DNA from: Plasmodiophora brassicae
Lineage: Eukaryota
DNA length: 64,000 nucleotides
Direction: 5' to 3'
Assembly (NCBI GenBank): GCA_036867785.1
Contig: CP145418.1
Coordinates: 496,001-560,000, forward strand
A model generated the notes under the pieces. The model was not told where the DNA came from. It did no database searches and worked only from the letters and a program-made list of their open reading frames with translations. Made by a program: the position numbers and the translations under genes. How positions within the stretch are numbered: the first letter of the stretch is position 1; the number at the start of each line of letters is the position of its first letter. Below are positions 22,989 through 34,500 of this stretch, piece after piece.

Positions 22989-23819
22989 TCATTGTGCTGC
23001 AGGTGGTGCAGGGCCGTCCAGTGCCGGTTTGGCGTCGGACTGGGCGGCGCCACCATTCTTCTTGTCGATGAACGGGAACAGCACCTTGAGAACCTCGACG
23101 TCCTGGAGGAAGCTGAGGTCCGGTGGCGGCGTTGTGGGTGCGACACCATCAGGACCGACAGCAACGTCGCCGTCGAGATGGGCGTGACCTTGATCATGGT
23201 GGGCACCTTCGCGCGCATCTTCGGTTATCGCATCATGGCCTCGTTCTAGAGATGCCTCGTGAGCGTCCCGGTGCACCTTAATATACGAATCCTCCTTCTC
23301 GTCGGTTGCTGTTATGGTTGCCGTTATGGTCGCGACAGTTTCGGTTTTCACCTTGTTCTTGCCGACGTGAACCTCCAGGTCGTCACCGCCTTCGCGAGCA
23401 TTGCCCAGGATGTTGGCTGCCTCAGCAACTCTAGCGTGGTCCACTTCGTGCGTTGAACCTTCGTTAGCCTGATGCACTTCAGCAGTGGGAGGCGCGTGTT
23501 GTTCGCCACGGTGCACAGGACGAGGATCCTCGTGTGGAGGAAGAACCTCCCGGCCGTATTCGTCGACGGCAATAGGGACAAGGATATGTGGCCTAGGCGG
23601 CACGTCCGCCGCTGGCCTGAACTCATCGGGGCGTTGTTGCTGCCTGTCTACTGGGGGCACGATTGGCCTGCCGAACTCGTCGACTCGTGTTGCGCCCAGG
23701 TGCTCCGGGGCAGGGGGATGGAAACTGGGAGGTTCTCGCCTCGGTAGGGCGTTGTCGAACCCATGACAGATGGCCGCGATCCCCACCGAAACAATGAGGA
23801 TGGCGAGGCGCGACGCCAT
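22989..23819 (-). CDS. Secreted Pro/His/acidic protein (large family, copy B)
   Basis: Signal peptide MASRLAILIVSVGIAAICHG, repeated VDE[FY]GR motifs, and the block KVKTETVATITATITATDEKEDSYIK..REGAHHDQGH shared with 11186-12319. Confidence 0.8.
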   Translation of the reverse strand: MASRLAILIVSVGIAAICHGFDNALPRREPPSFHPPAPEHLGATRVDEFGRPIVPPVDRQQQRPDEFRPAADVPPRPHILVPIAVDEYGREVLPPHEDPRPVHRGEQHAPPTAEVHQANEGSTHEVDHARVAEAANILGNAREGGDDLEVHVGKNKVKTETVATITATITATDEKEDSYIKVHRDAHEASLERGHDAITEDAREGAHHDQGHAHLDGDVAVGPDGVAPTTPPPDLSFLQDVEVLKVLFPFIDKKNGGAAQSDAKPALDGPAPPAAQ

Positions 23820-24009
23820 CGTGCCAATAGACGACCTTCTCTGTAGACTTATACCAATATGCCCGAATGAGACGTGACGGACTGGTGACAGATACTGGGA
23901 GCGATGACTCAACGGTGGGCTCTGCGTTGACGTCACCCGATTCGGTCGGTGACGGTGCACCCACCCCTGAGAAGTTCCTGACAGCAGCGTGACCGGAAGC
24001 TCAGCGAAT

Positions 24010-25423
24010 CTATTGAGTTGACCATTGGATAGATGGTAACGATGGAAGACGGGAGTCGGCTTGGGAAGCGAGTTCTAATCGCTCTCGAACAGCCCCTCCT
24101 GTTCGTGTCGAAATCAAAGAGCGTGCCGTCGAAATCCGTCCAGCACGAATCGCGGCGTGAATTGTAATGAGGGAGAAAACCTGTCGCTGTGCATTGCTGC
24201 CGCCCACCGACTTCAGCTCATGCCGGACTCGGAAGAGCGCCTCTAACGCCGCCTCGTCAAGGTTCAAATAATATGACATAATGCCGACGAGGCAGTCCCT
24301 GACGATCTGGCAAGAGCCACCAGAGCCATCCGCAACGATAGACACGATATCTTCCAGCTGGTCGACAGGGTCGACATGACAGCGGTGAATCAGGTAATGC
24401 GATGCAGTGAACGGGTATGAAAAGGAGGACTGGGTCGTGGCAACGAACTTATCAACGACACGCCAGCGAGTTCCGACATCGTGCCCAAGTATTTCTAGCC
24501 GCACCAGCAAGCTGACCGCATCGCTGACGTCCATGGCGTATCCGGCAGAACGGTGAAGTTCGGCAACGATCTTTCCGTCAAAGATATCGAGAGCCTCGCC
24601 CACACGGCCCAGGTGGATCAAGAATATCGCCCAGTGCCAGTAAATGTGACAAGCGAGATCAGCGTGCCGACTCCATGACGAATCATTTCCCGACAGTAAT
24701 TCAACGCCCTCTGAGCCGCACTTCACCATCAGAGCCCTGGCCCGCCAACATAGGTCCCTGGTGGACTGACGACGTACCGGCGTATCGTTCTTGTTCGAGA
24801 CGAACGTGGGCCAGAGCGTGAACCGCCCATGGATCCTCGTACCTTTGGAGAAGCGCTCGAACGGCATAACGTTCAGCCTCCTCGATGCGTCCGTTCTCAA
24901 CACATGCGAACGAGAGCATCGCATACACGTGATGCCGCGCATCGTGATTCACGGCAGGGACCGCGATTCGGCACGCCTCTTCCATGACGTGACTATTCCC
25001 AGCAAAGAAACACGCTGTCGTGAGGAACTTCAGGGCCAGCAGGTCTGTCGGGTTCGCCACGACGATTGCGAACCAGGACTCAATCGCGTCCGATCGTCGC
25101 GCCTGACTCCACAGATCAACTGCGCGGGCGTGATTCTTCACGACCGTCGTTTCGCAGGCGTCGGCAGTCTCCAGCATGGCAGTGATGACTGGATCTACAG
25201 GCGCATGTATGAAAGAACGCTGGAAACGGAGCAGCGCCACCATACAAACCAACCGTTGCGCCGCCGGCCAGACAGGGCAGCGACCCCGGCGACGAGTAAC
25301 GCCAGCATCGGGCAGTCCCCTGAGGCCGCACGCGCCAGTTCCACGCCGACGCCAACGTCGAACAGCATCAGGTGACGCGTGCATTCGTCGAGCCGCGACG
25401 CGTCGTGCGACGCCGACCCGCAT
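24010..25423 (-). CDS. TTC38: Tetratricopeptide repeat protein 38-like, multi-exon
   Basis: PTDLLALKF, DPWAVHALAHV, HIYWHWAIF, DAVSLLVRLEILG and VGGSNAQRQVF. Confidence 0.88.
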
Positions 25424-25569
25424 CGGCACGATGATGCCATCACCGAAGGGCGCACCAGAAAAAGCTGACGGCCGAACGCTCTACCGGCCTTGTTGTTGTC
25501 GCATGCGTTCTGTGAACGGTCTGAGACGAACGTGATACACTTTTATCGGCTATTCGGGGCGCTGGGCCA

Positions 25570-25887
25570 TCACAGGTGGTCGCCGTGGCCGCCGAAGACG
25601 TTGTGGGGCAGGTCGGCGGCGTTGTCCTCGTGCAGGTGCGTTTCGTGGTCACCGTTGCCGATGTCGTCGCGGTGCTTCACGCCGAAGTCGTCCTCGAGGT
25701 CCTCCCGCGAGTGCCCGAGGCCGTGGTGGACCTTGGTGTGCTCGAGGTCGTTGCCACCTAGGAAATGCCCGCGCGAGTTCGTGTTGTCGACGTGGCCGTC
25801 ACCGTGCTCGACGTTGACAAGAGTGTCGCCGGCGAGGGCACCAGCAACGAACAGGACGGCAAGGGAAGACGCCAAGAAGCTCTTCAT
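25570..25887 (-). CDS. Small secreted His/Asp-rich protein (small family, copy B)
   Basis: Signal peptide MKSFLASSLAVLFVAGALA. VEHGDGHVDNTN is identical to the 12674 protein. A TATA-like TATAAT lies about 50 bp upstream. Confidence 0.85.
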   Translation of the reverse strand: MKSFLASSLAVLFVAGALAGDTLVNVEHGDGHVDNTNSRGHFLGGNDLEHTKVHHGLGHSREDLEDDFGVKHRDDIGNGDHETHLHEDNAADLPHNVFGGHGDHL

Positions 25888-26166
25888 TGTCGGTAAGTAG
25901 TTCGAGGGGACGAGAACGAAAATTCAGAGACGTTCGATTATAGGATCACTTTGAATAGTGTCGACCAGGCGTCGATCGCGTGGAGGATATTGTCGAATCC
26001 ACCGATGTGTCATCACACCCCATCAGTCGGTGGTCTTGCACGCGTTGACTCATCGTCGTGATTCACGACCACGTGGTCACCAGTGGCCACCTGCACACCG
26101 ACGAGAAGAGCAGAACCACCAAGACGCGAGAGAATACATCGGAATTGGTTGTCGCGATCGGGCGCT

Positions 26167-27611
26167 CTATTTATTCGTGCCAGGTATCCCGAAACGTTTC
26201 GGGTTGACGGCGTCGTCCAGATCCGCAGTGCAGGCCTGGAGCGATCGGAGCCGCTTCTCGAGGGCGCACAACGCCGTCAGCGCAGCATCCAGCCCGGGCG
26301 AGCTGATGAACCGGTTGCTTGGACGAAGTGAATTGCAGTTGGAGCATTGCGATGCGGCCCTGCACGCCGACAAACACTTCCGGCACTGGACGTGAAGGCA
26401 ACCCAGTGTCATCACCGGGTCGACCATTCGCTGACGGCACGAGCGGCACTGGAGCTGTCGCTCAAGCCCTTGGCAAAGGGTCAAGCCAGTGTGCAGGAAG
26501 TTCTGGCAGAATGTACGCACGAGGTCGACGTTCTCGTTCCGGGTGAATTCACGTAAGGCTGACGCCGCTTGCCCGATACGCCTTGCGGTCAGCGCTTGTC
26601 TCTCTTGGTCAGCCGCGTGCATGTCGCTTCTGACCGCCTCGATGCGTTCGCTAAGGTGCCTCGTATTCGATCGGGCGGCTTCAAAAGCGTCTCTGGCAGC
26701 GTCGAATTTAACAGACGGTACTCTTTCGTCCTTCGGCGATTTGGGTTTAGCGGTAGGCTTCGGCACCTTCTTCTGGACGGGCGATCCCACTTTCGACAAC
26801 CTGTTGGCGATGTCGTGCGTCCGTTTTCTGATAAGCACCCAAACAGGTCAGAATATGGCTTACCGCGATGGTCAAACGGAACCCACTTGAGTGCTGTGTG
26901 CTGCTTCTTCAGCTGGTGCGCCCTGACAGACAGCTGCCGCTCGTTCGCTAGCTGTTCAAAGTACAGGTCGGCCAGTCTCTGCAGTCGACACTGCTCTTCG
27001 TCGTTGTTCTCCTGAACTCGTCGACCGTGCATTGCCCGGCGAAGCCGCTGCTTCTTGACGTCAACGTTCGACATCTGGGCATGCATGGGACTAAGCCACA
27101 GTAAGGAATCGACCGATTGACCTACTTGCCTGCAATTTCTTGATGAGATCGTCACGATCCGACGTGACGTTCGCTTTCTGACGTTCAAGCTCTTCGGCTG
27201 TTTTCCGCTGCTGGATGGCCTGTTCCCGAATGCGGTCGAACAAGATTTCGTTGTTTCGATAGAAGTGAACAATGGACTCCATTTTGACCTTGTGCTCCTA
27301 AGTCGTGGCGTCAAGGTGAGGAACCACCATGAGTTGTTGGCACATACCTCAGTTGATCGTGTTCTTGCTGAAACGCACTGGCGCGCGAATTCCTTTTGGA
27401 ACCGCATCGTCGCGAGGTGGGTCTGACGTCCAATCGTAGCTTGGAGATGCTGCTGATGGGTTTCCTGGTCGATTCTAGTGTTATCATCGTCATCGTCGTA
27501 TGCGAGGTCTCTGTCTAGGTAGAGGCTGGTCTTTGGCCGAAGCTTCGCTGACGGCCGGTCGCGGCCGAGTCCTGTAGCTGGACGGGGAAGTCCAGGCGGA
27601 CGTCCGCCCAT
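26167..27611 (-). CDS. Coiled-coil protein with C-terminal RING finger, multi-exon
   Basis: RING LQCRSC..GCLHVQCRKC..CSNC, with upstream coiled-coil exons separated by short introns. Confidence 0.6.
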
Positions 27612-27757
27612 CTTCGATCGCAAAGGCGTACTAGAAGGTAAGAGCGCGGTCCAAGGGCATCGCTCTGGGACCAACGCTATACGTCTGGGAACAACTGAAC
27701 CTGTCCCATTGCAGGCGGCCAATACTGCGTCTGCCAGCAGTGTGCCAGACATTGGAG

Positions 27758-28232
27758 TTAAGAGTGTGCACGGCGCGTTGCTATATTCGATATAGCAGAG
27801 GCAGACCAGGATCTCGATATCGGTGCACCGGCAGTCCTGAGTCGCTTGTTGTCGTGGGACACACTCGTTGACTGGGGACCTCGGAAACTATACAACGACG
27901 ATTGTCGTTGCTGCTTCAAATCATCAGCGTTCGTGATGGCATTCAGACGGTAGCCGAGAACACTCTCCAGCAGCGTGTAATCTGGGTCCTCTCCAACAGC
28001 TAGACCGAAGTTGTCGTCAGCGGAATCGTCTATCTGAAACACGACGCACGGGCAACCTGGTGCCGTTGCATCATCAGTCCGAATGCCCGCCTGCACGCCT
28101 CGGCTTCCACAACAGTCCGACAAGACAACTGAAGAAGCCACGACCTCCGTCAGAGTGTCGCTCGAGAACGACGGCCACATTTCGGAAACGTTGCGGACAC
28201 ACTTCGTGCGGTCTTCCTCCGGTTTTGGCCAT
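27758..28232 (-). CDS. Hypothetical protein
   Basis: 140-codon ORF plus a probable short first exon (MAKTGGRPHE, then a GT..ctgac..AG intron). No family recognised. Confidence 0.4.
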
Positions 28233-28508
28233 TGGGGATTGGTAGCCCCAACGCGATAACCTACCTGTTCACATAACGTATTACGAGAATCCAGAAACGC
28301 CCTGTAATATACTAACTCGACTCATATTCGGTGACGGCCTGGCACCAAGCCTCACAACTTGGAAGACCGTCTACAACAGGCAGGTTCCAATTCGGCGGCA
28401 GAGAAGATGTCGCTACAACCGTCGTAGGGCTCCCACAGAATAATTATAGAGGGTTCGACAGATGCAGTTTATGGTGTGGCGTCTTGGGAAACGTCCGGCA
28501 ATACCTAG

Positions 28509-30032
28509 TCATATTCCATCCTCTTTGACAGGGCGCTTGTCTCGAGGCGCCGTGACATTCAGGGCCTTTCGGCATGCATCCATTATGAAGAAGGATCCGA
28601 ATGCAACGATCAAGTCATCCGCTTCTGAAACGTCAAGAACATGCTCCAACGTCTTTTCAACGTTGCCGTCGCATGTAACTGCTGGCTGTGGTCCGGACAC
28701 ATCAAGTTCTACGAAACCGGGCATCAGTTGCTTTCTCACGCATGCCTCCACTGCGTCTGACCTGAACAACGACCTTGGTACAGTTCCACGACCGACATAG
28801 CCGGCATTGCGCGTTTGCAATCACTGGCCTCAACAATATATAGCGAGTGTGCCATGGACCTGGCAGTACGAACCGCGTGCACTACGTCTTTGTCTTTGGA
28901 CATGCCCATAATGACATGCAAGGCCCCATACTGCAGCTTCGCTAGGCGTTCGAACAATCGCGATATGCCATCCGGATTATGGGCTACATCTATCGGTAGG
29001 GCGAGTCAGACGTCTCCATGGCAAACAACGCATCACACACAGACCTAGGATGACGGTAAACGGCTTCCCGTTTCGCATACCAGTTATCTTTTCAAACCGG
29101 CATGGAGGCACGGCAGCCAGACCTTCAGCAAAAGTCTGTATCGAAGGAAACCGCTGCTGTAATTGCTCAATGGCACATGAAGCAACCATTTGGTTTTCCA
29201 TGTCCGTATCATCCGATCGATCGCACGCACCGACACGGATCAGAGGCGAGTTCAAGGAGCGAGCAACCTCGTAGGTAACGTCGTACGGGACCTGTACAGC
29301 TCCACACGTTATCAAACGCAACAAAGGCGATGCCGGAACCAAATCAAACCTTTGGCCCGATTACGACAGGGACTTTGGGTTTAATGATGCCAGCCTTTTC
29401 ACGTGTGATTTCCCCTATTGTGCTCCCGAGAATTCGGCTGTGATCAAGCGATATTGACGTGATGACGCAAAGCTCCGGCTCGATAATATTGGTCGCATCA
29501 AGCCGCCCTCCGAGTCCAACTTCGACGACCGCGAAATCGACCTGCGCTGGAAAATCAGAACACCGACCATGGAAGGTCGAGAAGGGCTACCTTCTCGTGC
29601 TTAAAGTGCTTGAAGGCCAACATTGTGGTCGCCTCGAAGAATGTGGGTAGAATACGATTCGCATCGCAGACGGCAAACACATCCCCAAGTCCCGCTGCGA
29701 CTTGATCCTCACTGATTAGGACGCCATCGACAGATATCCGTTCCCGGAAACATGAAATATGTGGCGATGTGTACAGCCCGACTCTGAACCCACTCATTCG
29801 TATGCAAGCCGCAATCTTCGTTGCAACGCTGCCTGTATTGTCGAATTGTCAACGGAAGGTAACTGCGACGACTGCAGTAGAAACCACCTTTGCCATTGGT
29901 GCCGGCGACGTGGACAGTCTTGTACGCCTTGTCAGGGCACCCGAGGAGGGATCGTAGCGCGCGCACGTTGTCGAGCGATAGCTTGACGGGTTTCGACGCC
30001 AGCAGTCGAGCCAACACGGCCTCGAACGACAT
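28509..30032 (-). CDS. folC: Folylpolyglutamate synthase / dihydrofolate synthase, multi-exon
   Basis: [57 protein letters not shown] and FGSFFI. Confidence 0.92.
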
Positions 30033-30145
30033 GCGCGCCGACGTGCGCACTCGAGATCCGGTGTCGTCGCAGCACCGCTGCGGCGGTTTTCATTTGGGGG
30101 ATCGACTACGTGCATGCGTTCTGCAATAATATTATGTACTAGCTC

Positions 30146-30502
30146 TCATACGTCTTTCTGCCTCATGGATTCGCGCAGGGCGTGCCAGTTCATGTCGAAT
30201 TCTCGGGCTTCCCGCCGGTTCCTTTCGCGCCTCTCCTTTTTCTGCCACAGCAATCAGTCGAAGATGCCCGACACATGCCGGTCATACGAATGCCGACTTC
30301 GCTTCGCATGCACTGGTCCAGGGCTGCTTTGAAGTCGTTACACGCCCCGAAGAACTTCGCGATGCTGCGCTCCTTATGACAGGTCGCCAGGGCCACGATC
30401 GCGTCGGCGCTGCCTGCTCCGTCAGCACGGCTCCATCCGTCAACGGCGCCTCGCCTACCATGCCGGATGCGACCTGGGGTCGCTGGCCGACACTGGATGC
30501 AT
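30146..30502 (-). CDS. CMC2: Twin CX9C cytochrome c oxidase assembly factor CMC2
   Basis: Spliced protein MHP..HPACADAIVALATCHKERSIAKFFGACNDFKAALDQCMRSEKKERRERNR; two short introns. Confidence 0.85.
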
Positions 30503-30673
30503 CGCAGCCGCACCGCCGATCAACAAACAGGAGACGACGCCCAAAAATGAATGTCCATTGCGGTTCCGCCCAGCCGGCAACGTTGTCGGCAGTTGCCTGA
30601 GGGCTGAGGCAGTCAGTGCAGCTCCAGTCGGTGGCGCGGGAAGGCATTTTGGAATGTGCGGTATTCGTCGACG

Positions 30674-31384
30674 ATGCCGTCGAGCGAGTCGGGCGACGAC
30701 GGCGACGACGATGTTGCGGTGTGCCCGATATGCCTGGGCGAGATCGTCCATCCGACCGTGGCGAACCTGACCTGCCTGCATCAGTTCTGCCGGGACTGCA
30801 TCGTCAGATGGGTGGCCGTCCGCCCGGTCTGTCCTGTGTGTCGGACGGGGTCGCCGGCCGCTCTCGTTGGCGTCGTCCTGACGCAACAGGTGCTTGTCCG
30901 TTGGCGCCAGCTCATCTACGAGCGTGGCCTTAGAGCCATTCCAACTACTAGTCAAACACGGGCGCTAACCCCCGAACAGATCAGATCACCAGAGCTACGG
31001 AAATGGGTATTTCTTCATGTCCTTATCAAGTCAAATCGATGTGACGTTGTCCTCCAGCTGTTTCGTGAACTCATCGCTGTCTGTGGGTTTAAAGACGATC
31101 CGAAGAATTCCGCTTTGGACTATGCTGTCAACGCTGTCCTGGCCGTTCTCCTTGACCTGCGGACGATCGGTGAATCAAAAGCTGTTGATATTCTTTCGAT
31201 ATTCATGTCGGCGTGCAGTCGACCTCGACTTGAGGCGTTCTTGCACGAATTGCAGTGCAGAGCCTATAGTGCGTTAGATAATCTCAACTACGACAGGTAC
31301 GACGCAAGTCACATTGGAAACCCGCTGACTGATTCGTTCCTGCCAGCTATGTTCGTTATAGGGAAGGATTGTCGGGACCTATAG
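30674..31384 (+). CDS. C3HC4 RING E3 ligase, Topors/Psh1-like
   Basis: CPICL..CLHQFCRDCIVRW..CPVCR, then WRQLIYERGL, LFREL and FLHEL..AYS..YD. Internal introns are likely and the 3' end is approximate. Confidence 0.75.
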   Translation: MPSSESGDDGDDDVAVCPICLGEIVHPTVANLTCLHQFCRDCIVRWVAVRPVCPVCRTGSPAALVGVVLTQQVLVRWRQLIYERGLRAIPTTSQTRALTPEQIRSPELRKWVFLHVLIKSNRCDVVLQLFRELIAVCGFKDDPKNSALDYAVNAVLAVLLDLRTIGESKAVDILSIFMSACSRPRLEAFLHELQCRAYSALDNLNYDRYDASHIGNPLTDSFLPAMFVIGKDCRDL

Positions 31385-31556
31385 CCGATAGTCAATATCC
31401 TGGAATTCGTAGGCGTTTGGACACCCGTCGGCGGAAGCGACTTCGAAGATAAAGTCCATTGTTTCCTACGAGCTCACGTTTCCATCGTATCCAGCACAAC
31501 CGCGCTTCCCTAAAACTGGACGCATCAACGAACTGCCGCGAAGTCGGCGATGGGCA

Positions 31557-34500
31557 ATGGTTGCCGGCATGCGTCGCATGATGTGCGTTTCAAGCGGCGG
31601 GCATGCTTCGTGTCAAGCTGTCCGGGGATGTTGCCACTATCCAAGTGGGCTGCGGTACAACGTGCGCCCGTTGTCGTCTGCCGACGTGCAACCCGTCCAT
31701 TGCATTGCAAGGCGAATCTCGCGACCATCCGATGAATTTATCGCCTTCATGGGACGCCCGTCGATTCCATTTGGTATCCGAGCGTTGAGGCAGGAAACCG
31801 ATCCCAGTCGCGCCTGGTCCATATTCGATCGTGTTCTCTCGTTGAGCATCTGGGCGGACACCCCGTTCTACACGTCCATGATGTCATTCTGCAAACGCCA
31901 TCTGCCTTCCAAAGCGCCCGAAGTGCTCAGCGCCGCTGTATCTCGGGGCGTTCGCATCACCGAATCATTGTTCTGCACCTTTCTTGGGGCGTGTCAGAAC
32001 GCTACCCCAGCCATGGTGTCCGAGGCCCTCGAGTGGTATTCGAAACCATCAACCCCACGTTCACATAATGTCATCTTTGGTGTCGCCAACCTGTGCCGAG
32101 TATCCAAGCACCCGGGTCTAGCCCTGTTCCTTGTCAAGGACATCGTCGACCACAATGTGCCCTTCACTGACCAGTTGGTATCCATCCTAGCGGCGTGCTG
32201 TTCTGAATCCAAGGGGCCCATCGCTGCGTGCACTGCACAGCAACTGCTCGACCGCATGCAATCCGGACAGATATCACGACACTCGCTGATGCCAACGTAT
32301 GCCAACCTGCTGACGACGCTGCTCGCCGAGGACTTGCTGAAGTCCGCGCTGGCAGTGTTCCCATTGATGAAATTGAACGGCGTCCTGCCCTCGGAATCGA
32401 TGTGTGCCAATACGATCATTGCCCTCTTGAAGAAGGGTCGCACTCACGATGCGTTGAATGTGTTCCAAACGATGGTGGACCAGAGTCTGAGAGTCAACGC
32501 TCGCGTCTTCGTTACGCTCGTTGCTGCTTGCGGCCGATCGGGCAAAGATTCTGCTGTCCAAACCTTGTACACGTACGCGACTTCTAAAAACCTTATAGCC
32601 GACGATTTCGTTGCTTCTGCTTTCATCTCGGCCTACGACCATTGCGGAAAACTCGACTTGGCGGAAGAGGTGTTTCGGTCTCGAGGCGTTCCCGATTTGA
32701 TCACGTCCAGTGCCATGATCGCTGCATACTACCACCATGTCAGGCTGCCTAATGCCATCGGCGTTTTCGAACGTGTGAAGGCCAACGGTTTGCAGATATC
32801 CCTGGAGGTTTACACGAATGCGCTGTCTGTGTTTATCAAGGCCGACCGGGTGGCCGATGCAATGAACTTGTTCAACGAGATGACCAGCAAGAACGTCCGG
32901 GTGGGCATTCCAGCGCTCGCTAGTCTCATCGCCGCCTGTGGACGATCGTCGAACCTGGACTCGGTCCAATCCCTCTACCGGCATGCAGAGAACAGGGCGC
33001 TGGTTCTCGATGATGTCATCGCCAGTGCGTTCATCTTCGCGTTTGACCACTGCAGTGATGTCGCATGCGCCGAAAGAGTGTTTCAAGTGCGACAGCAGGT
33101 TTCGACTCCCCACGTGGTCACCTTCAGTTCAATGATTGCCGCGTACAATCACCACAACATGCACGCTAAGGCCCTCGAGACGTTCGATAACCTTGAGGTA
33201 GCTGGCTTATCGACATCGGTCCCCGTTTTCTGTAGTATCGCCGCTGTCTTTGTCAAAGTCGGACGTGTGCTGGACGCGTTGCGCTTGTACGAGCGCGTGC
33301 AAGGCGACATGTCCCGTTCTCGTGCGGTGATGTTCGCCAGTCTTGTCGGTGCTTGTGGACGATACGCTGATCTGCCGGCCGTGCAAACCGTTCACCAATT
33401 CGCCGAGCAGGATTCGGGATTGCTGTTGAAGGACGACGCAGTCGTCGGTGCATTCGTCTTGGCCTACGGGTCCTGGGGCGACCTCGATACTGCTATGCGC
33501 CTGTTCAACGGCCTCGATGTAGGCCAGTATCCATTGACCAAGAACGCCATGGTGACCTCCTACGCCCGACACGGCATGTTGCCCAATGCGATCGCCGTAT
33601 TCGAGGGCATGCTGTCGTCGTCGGTCCCAATCTCCGGCGGCACGTACGGCACCATGCTATCCGTCTACGGTCGGTCGGATCGCGTTCTCGAAGCGCTCGG
33701 CTTGTTTCGCGCCGTCGTCTCCAGGAGCCTCGTCGTGGACGCCGGTGACATCGCAAGTCTTATTGCCTCCTGCGGCCGTGCGTTTGACGTCCAGGCCATG
33801 GTCCAATTGCATGGCTTCGCGCGGGAACGCAACATGCTGCAGGACCGTCGTGTAATCAGCTCGTTGGTCACTGCCTACTCTGACTGTGGGTGTCTCCCTT
33901 CTGCCGAGGACGTGTTCCGGACGACGGAAGCGCCGTCCACCACCGTCATCAACTCGATGATCGCTGCGTATGCCCAGCACGGCATGCTGCAGCAGGCAAC
34001 GGCCGCGTTCGACACGATGCGGGCGATAAAACGTCGACCGAACGACGAGACGCTACTGGCACTGCTAACGGCCTGCGCTCACGTTGGCGACCTTCCCGCT
34101 GCGAATGCGTTTGTTGCCGAATTCACCCTCCGCTGGCGTGTCGCCATGACCTCGTTGCACGCGAACTGTTTTATCGACCTGTATGGGCGCCTGGGCGACC
34201 TGGACGCCGCTGAACGGCTCGCGTCGTCGCTGTTGATCCCCAGTGCCGCGTCGTGGGCGGCGCTTCTGAATGCATGTCGACGGCATGGCGACCTTGAACG
34301 TGCCGAGCGCGTCGTTGCCCGGATCCAGGCGTTTCCCGACGCCGGCTCCCATCTGGTCTCTGCGTATACGCTCATGGCGGATCTGTACATGAGCGTCGGG
34401 CGGGTCGACGATCACCGTCGAATGCGCGAGGAGATGGGCACCCAGGCGCTAACGCAGGCGCCTGGCCGGGCCACGCTTGCGCTGCCTGATCGGCCCGTCA

